A stretch of DNA of 39,191 bases from a virus (taxonomy: Duplodnaviria; Caudoviricetes): IMG/VR virus record IMGVR_UViG_3300012940_000052, positions 1-39,191 of that record; one strand, given 5' to 3'. Shown piece by piece: positions 34,964-39,191 of the stretch (its first letter is position 1; each line of letters opens with the position of its first letter). The notes under the pieces were generated by a model. The model was not told the origin of the DNA. It worked only from the letters and a program-made list of their open reading frames with translations, and did no database searches. A program made the translations under genes and the position numbers.

Positions 34964-35287
34964 ATGAAGCGCCTCGCCCCCGGCCTCATCGCCCTGCTGG
35001 GCGCCTGCCAGCAGCCGGCGAGCGACGGCTATACCTTCGAGGGCGCGGAATATGCGCGCGAGCAGGTCGTGGTGCGCGTTGTGACGCATGCGAGCCTTAC
35101 GGACCTGCGCCACGCGGCGAACGCGGCCGGGGCGCGGGAGGACGGGCGGGAGCTGATGGCCTGGGCCACGCTCTCGGGCGACCGGACGTCCTGCACCATC
35201 CATGTCGTGGACCCCGCGCGGGTCTATGCGCCCGAGTGGCTGGGGCACGAGCTGGCGCACTGCCTCTACGGGCGCTGGCACCGCTGA
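34964..35287 (+). CDS. Lipoprotein with HEXXH motif
   Basis: MKRLAPGLIALLGA-C lipobox; LGHELAHC near the C-terminus. Confidence 0.75.
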   Translation: MKRLAPGLIALLGACQQPASDGYTFEGAEYAREQVVVRVVTHASLTDLRHAANAAGAREDGRELMAWATLSGDRTSCTIHVVDPARVYAPEWLGHELAHCLYGRWHR

Positions 35288-35316
35288 TTTTCTGATTTTC
35301 TGACTGGAGACAAGAT

Positions 35317-37386
35317 ATGCATCTTTCGACCGCGCTGCGGGTCGGGTCGATCACGCTTGGCCGGGTGCCCATGGCGACGCCCACGCCGACGCCCCAGCCC
35401 ACCACGTTCGACGCCGGGCTTGAGGACCTGTTCGACACGGACGACGGCGCGCTGTCGGGTCGCGCGAACTGGTCGCTGGTCGCGCCGAGCGATGCCTACA
35501 CTGTCGCGAGCGGCCGGCTGGCTTATACGACGCAGTTCGGGACCGGCTCTCCGGCGCTGTTCGGGTCCGCCGTCGCGCCGCCGTTCGTGGCGCGGTGGGA
35601 CTATGACCTGTCGGCCTCCGCCACCGGCGCGCAGGCATGGGGCACAACGCGCGTGCTGTTCTATCTCTGGTATGTCGACGCCAGCAACTATTGTCTGGCG
35701 CGCATCAGTATCAGCAACCAGCGCCTCGAAATCCTCGGCATGGTGGGCGGCACCGCGACCACAAACGGCTACTTCACCGACACAGCCTTCGCGGCCGGCC
35801 AGAAGGGCGTGATCGAGTTCCACGTCGATGCAGCCTACAAGCTGCGCGTTTTCCTCACGGTCGATGGCTCGACGGGGCGCTGGCTCAAGAACGCCACGCA
35901 CCAGCTCAACGTCTATCCCTATGATAATTTCGACATGCCGTCCTACGGCTACACCGGCACGCCCTCGGGCCATCTCGCGGTGGCGGGCACGACCTATGAT
36001 TACACCATCGCCGACGCGGTCTCGATCGATGCGGGCCATGTGACCATCGACCGGGCGCGGGCGGCGGTGGCGCGCGGCTCGCGCACCGCCACGAGCGGCA
36101 CGCTGCCGCTGACCGGCACCTATCAGGGCGCGCCCACGACATGGCTCTACCGCCTGACCGACAAGGATGGCGTGTCCGGCGCGTGGGCCGTGCTCGACGT
36201 GACGGCGAGCGCGGGCGTCTGGTCGGCCAGCGTGCCGATCCCGGTCGGCTATGGCTGGACCGTCGAGGTCGCCGTCGAGACGGGCGGGCTCTGGAAAAAG
36301 GCCGTCTCCACCAAGGTGCTGTGCGGGGCCTACTGGCAATATTATGGCCAGAGCAACGCCGACGGCCGCAAGAGCGTGGCCTCCAGCGGACAGGGCGCGG
36401 GCTACCTCGACAATGGCAGCGCCTGCTATGTCAGCAACGTCTCGACCTATTATCCGGCCGCACAGTTCGGCTGCACGGAATGGTCCACCTATTTCGAGAG
36501 CAACTGCTACCAGTTCGCGCGCGATCTGGCCGGGCTGATCGGCGTCCCCGTCATCATCGCGGCGACCGGGCAGGCGGGCAGCGCCATCGTCGGCCTGATG
36601 CCCGGCACGACGCCGTTCGACACGACGCTGACCGGGATCATCGGCGACATCGGCACGCCCGAGGGGTTCATCTTCGATCAGGGCGAGGGCGACGCGGACA
36701 GCGCGGGGCTCTCCATCTCGGAGTACCGCACGCGCTTCCTCGCCATCGTCGACGGCATGGAGACGCTGGCCGGCGATACGAGCGTCCCGGTCGTGCAGGC
36801 CTTGCAGGGCCGCTATGTCAGCGCGACCCCGCCGAGCGGGATCGACTCCGCGCAGGTCGCCGCGCAGCGCAACCAGATCCATGCGATCAAGCTCCAGCTC
36901 GAAGCGGACTATCCCGACCGCTTCCCCGTGGTCTGGCATGGCGCGGAGGAGCATACCGACGCCTACCACTACACCACGCTGGGCTATCGCGAGCAGGAGC
37001 GGCGCGAGGCGCTGACGGTGGCGCGCGTCGTCTATGGCATCACCTGCCCGGACGGCGGCGGCCCGCGCGTCGTCTCGGGCACGCGCAGCGGCGCGACGAT
37101 CACGCTGACGCTCGACATGCGCGGCTATGACAGCCTGTCCGGCAGCGCGGTCGCCAGCGCATGGCAGGTCTCGACCGATGATTTCGCGACACTGCTGACG
37201 GTCTCCAGCGTGGCGGTCTCCGGCAACCAGATCGTCGTCACGCTCGACGCCGACCCCGGCGCGGCGTGCAAGGTCCGGTCCTATTATGGCTGGGACTATG
37301 ACGACAGCAGCGTGATCGTCGGGACGAAGTCGGGCTTCAACTCGGCGCCGGTGCTGATGATCGTCAATCCGGTGAGCGTGTCATGA
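35317..37386 (+). CDS. Virion fibre with SGNH/SASA-type carbohydrate acetylesterase domain
   Basis: YGQSNA, DQGEGDA and DAYH blocks; flanking beta-rich domains; PTPTP linker. Confidence 0.8.
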   Translation: MHLSTALRVGSITLGRVPMATPTPTPQPTTFDAGLEDLFDTDDGALSGRANWSLVAPSDAYTVASGRLAYTTQFGTGSPALFGSAVAPPFVARWDYDLSASATGAQAWGTTRVLFYLWYVDASNYCLARISISNQRLEILGMVGGTATTNGYFTDTAFAAGQKGVIEFHVDAAYKLRVFLTVDGSTGRWLKNATHQLNVYPYDNFDMPSYGYTGTPSGHLAVAGTTYDYTIADAVSIDAGHVTIDRARAAVARGSRTATSGTLPLTGTYQGAPTTWLYRLTDKDGVSGAWAVLDVTASAGVWSASVPIPVGYGWTVEVAVETGGLWKKAVSTKVLCGAYWQYYGQSNADGRKSVASSGQGAGYLDNGSACYVSNVSTYYPAAQFGCTEWSTYFESNCYQFARDLAGLIGVPVIIAATGQAGSAIVGLMPGTTPFDTTLTGIIGDIGTPEGFIFDQGEGDADSAGLSISEYRTRFLAIVDGMETLAGDTSVPVVQALQGRYVSATPPSGIDSAQVAAQRNQIHAIKLQLEADYPDRFPVVWHGAEEHTDAYHYTTLGYREQERREALTVARVVYGITCPDGGGPRVVSGTRSGATITLTLDMRGYDSLSGSAVASAWQVSTDDFATLLTVSSVAVSGNQIVVTLDADPGAACKVRSYYGWDYDDSSVIVGTKSGFNSAPVLMIVNPVSVS

Positions 37387-37670
37387 GCGCGATCGATCTT
37401 TCCCGCGAGGACCTCCAGACCATCGCGGACATGCGCATGATCGCGCTCGCGCAGCTCAAGCGAACCGAGCAGAGCCACAGCCACGATCCCTATGCGGTCA
37501 TGAGCGCCATGCGGCAGATCGCCGACATCTGCGCGCACCTGATCGCACAGGGGCCGCCCGAGTTCCGGTTCATCATCGAGGAAACGGCGCCGCTGGAGGT
37601 GATCCAGCATGAGCTGCGCAGTTCGGTGTTCCGGGAGCGCGACTTCATCGACGTGAGGCGCCGGACATGA
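37383..37670 (+). CDS. Hypothetical protein
   Basis: ATGA overlap; GC3-rich codon usage. Confidence 0.65.
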   Translation: MSAIDLSREDLQTIADMRMIALAQLKRTEQSHSHDPYAVMSAMRQIADICAHLIAQGPPEFRFIIEETAPLEVIQHELRSSVFRERDFIDVRRRT

Positions 37671-38338
37671 GTGACGTTGGAGATTTAGCCGGCGCGCCGC
37701 TTTCCATGATTAGGGTGAAATCCCAAAAGCGCCTCGGCGGCTTTTCGGGCGGCAATTGCCTCCGCCTTGCTGCAGTAATACCCGATATGGCGGCTCCGAA
37801 TATGTGCCACCCACTTCCTTCGCCTGCGCGACCAGGCCACTCCTATGTGGCCAGACTTGTTCGCTTTGCTGAAGCCCATATTCTTACAATTCTCGGCCTG
37901 CGTCGCCTCTCGCAGATTTTCAAGGCGGTTATCCGCCTTATTTCCGTTGATATGGTCGATCCCGATCGGGTCGCACCCATGCACGAGCTTCCAAATAATC
38001 CGGTGCGCCTTGTAGTTCGCGCCATCAATTTTTCCGTGCTTATAGCCGCTCGCCCTGTGGATGCAGTCAAATGCAGCCTTCCCGGGCCAGCGCGCGTTCC
38101 ACGACGCTGCCACAATCACGTTGGGGAAATGATCTTCGGGCCGCCGCCGCCAAAAAAGCAAACCTGTTTTGCGTTCGTAGCGGAGCGCCTTGCGAAGAAA
38201 ATCAGCATCGGGCAATTCTTTGGGAGCCATGTCGTGTCACCTCACGTTCGTGGTCAGGGCCGGGCGCTGTTGACGCAGCGTTTCCGGCCCGCCTTCCCTA
38301 GCAGAATCACGGTTTGTTCACAAGGCGGAGGGGCGTGA
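37667..38338 (+). CDS. Sense ORF spanning the antisense HNH gene; protein function doubtful
   Basis: 223 stop-free codons; ATGA overlap at the start, TGATG overlap at the end. Confidence 0.35.
   Translation: MSDVGDLAGAPLSMIRVKSQKRLGGFSGGNCLRLAAVIPDMAAPNMCHPLPSPARPGHSYVARLVRFAEAHILTILGLRRLSQIFKAVIRLISVDMVDPDRVAPMHELPNNPVRLVVRAINFSVLIAARPVDAVKCSLPGPARVPRRCHNHVGEMIFGPPPPKKQTCFAFVAERLAKKISIGQFFGSHVVSPHVRGQGRALLTQRFRPAFPSRITVCSQGGGA
37685..38230 (-). CDS. HNH-AP2 homing-type endonuclease, antisense to the late operon
   Basis: AHRIIW...IDHINGNKADNRLENLR; AP2-like NKSGHIGVAW...KWVAHI; SD GAGGTGA; lower GC. Confidence 0.92.
   Translation of the reverse strand: MAPKELPDADFLRKALRYERKTGLLFWRRRPEDHFPNVIVAASWNARWPGKAAFDCIHRASGYKHGKIDGANYKAHRIIWKLVHGCDPIGIDHINGNKADNRLENLREATQAENCKNMGFSKANKSGHIGVAWSRRRRKWVAHIRSRHIGYYCSKAEAIAARKAAEALLGFHPNHGKRRAG
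38257..38323 (-). promoter_or_regulatory. Promoter and leader hairpin of the antisense HNH gene
   Basis: TTGTGA-17-TAGGGA, then GGGCCGG-AAA-CGCTG-CGTCAA-CAGCG-C-CCGGCCC. Confidence 0.55.
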
Positions 38339-38658
38339 TGAGCGTGTCCCAAGAGGCCCAAATTCTGCGGGTTATAGGCGATATGAAGGGTGAAGTTGGC
38401 GAAATCCGTGGCCAACTCCGCGAGCTCAACCATGCACTGGCGAGTCTTACCCAAAAGTTTGACACTCTCGCGCTTCAGGCGGCGATGAATATCAGCCTGC
38501 CGGAGAGGGTGGCCGACTTGGACCGCCGCGTCTCCGTGCTCGAAGCATCCGAGAACAAGCGGATCGGCGCCATGAGCCTCGGCGGATGGGTGCTCAAGGC
38601 GCTCCCCTACATCGTTTCGACCGGCATCGGCGCCGGGATCATGGAGATTATTCGATGA
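38338..38658 (+). CDS. Putative holin/antiholin (coiled coil plus C-terminal TM)
   Basis: Directly upstream of the lysozyme with an ATGA overlap. Confidence 0.6.
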   Translation: MSVSQEAQILRVIGDMKGEVGEIRGQLRELNHALASLTQKFDTLALQAAMNISLPERVADLDRRVSVLEASENKRIGAMSLGGWVLKALPYIVSTGIGAGIMEIIR

Positions 38659-39191
38659 GCATCTGGCAGCAGATTCAGGCCCATGTCGGCGTCGATGCCG
38701 ATGGCATCCCCGGTCCGGCAACGGCCGCGGCGATCGCCAGGGCCCTCGGCCTCAATGGCGATGGCGACCGCGCGCTCAGCCCGGCCGGCTTCACGGCGCT
38801 CAAGGGGTTCGAGGGGCTGGTCCTCAAGGCCTATGAGGACGTGGCCGGCACATGGACGGCCGGCTACGGGCACACCGGCGCCGACGTGACGCCGGGCATG
38901 ACCATCACGCAGGCGCAGGCGGACGCATGGCTCGCGCGGGACGTGGCTCGCTTCGAGGCGGCGGTGCGCAGGCTCTGCCCGGTGACGACGCAGGGGCAGT
39001 TCGACGCGCTCGTGTGCTTCGCGTTCAACCTGGGCGAAACGGCGCTGGAGAAATCGACCCTGCGCCGCCTGCACAACGAGGGCGCCTATGAGGCGGCGGC
39101 CGGCGAGTTCGCGAAATGGGTCCATGCCGGCGGCCGGGTCTATCCGGGGCTGGTCAGGCGCCGCGCGGACGAGGCGGCGATGTACCGGGGC
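38655..39191 (+). CDS. Endolysin: GH24 lysozyme with N-terminal peptidoglycan-binding-like segment; runs off the window end
   Basis: VDADGIPGPAT; FEGLVLKAYEDVAGTWTAGYGHT (E-D-T triad); QFDALVCFAFNLG; GLVRRR. Confidence 0.93.
   Translation, partial: MSIWQQIQAHVGVDADGIPGPATAAAIARALGLNGDGDRALSPAGFTALKGFEGLVLKAYEDVAGTWTAGYGHTGADVTPGMTITQAQADAWLARDVARFEAAVRRLCPVTTQGQFDALVCFAFNLGETALEKSTLRRLHNEGAYEAAAGEFAKWVHAGGRVYPGLVRRRADEAAMYRG

Larger units (their letters stand above)
150..39191. mobile_element. Temperate HK97-like/lambdoid siphovirus prophage; right end lies beyond the window and the att core was not identified
   Basis: Ordered modules: integrase, xis, repressor/cro, replication, terminase, portal, protease, capsid, neck, tail, tape measure, lysis. 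Confidence 0.97.

Noticed and set aside
30014-35281. 1755-aa minus-strand ORF, and similar long ones at 15409-17112, 27102-29051 and 35266-36969
   Set aside because: Shadow frames of GC3-rich structural genes; Arg/Gly/Ala-rich with no motifs, promoter or SD

Overview
The window is a nearly complete, GC-rich temperate siphophage (prophage) with lambdoid gene order. The host is probably alphaproteobacterial, since it carries a GapR/DUF2312 homologue and an RcGTA-type spike-base domain. Left to right: tyrosine integrase and xis; a tightly coupled leftward early operon headed by a 20-aa-repeat LRR-like protein; a rexAB-position accessory cassette (HIRAN protein, two membrane proteins, two exported proteins); a cI/cro switch with CGTAC-N5-GTACG operators; a rightward early and replication operon ending in a NusG paralogue at the Q position; a strong promoter and a ~260-nt structured leader; HK97-like packaging, head, neck and tail genes with a canonical -1 frameshift; a very large tail-tip protein with two internal duplications; an acetylesterase fibre; and the start of the lysis cassette. 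The most notable observations: (1) LRR repeats whose only differences are non-synonymous and fall at four predicted binding-face positions; (2) two antisense genes with their own promoters, each spanned by a stop-free sense ORF coupled to both neighbours; (3) the NusG paralogue with its structured RNA leader; (4) a PRALIG motif shared by the protease and capsid N-termini; (5) a head-spike base whose probable enzymatic fibre is encoded 14 kb away. All assignments come from reading motifs and gene order by eye; no database searches were run.
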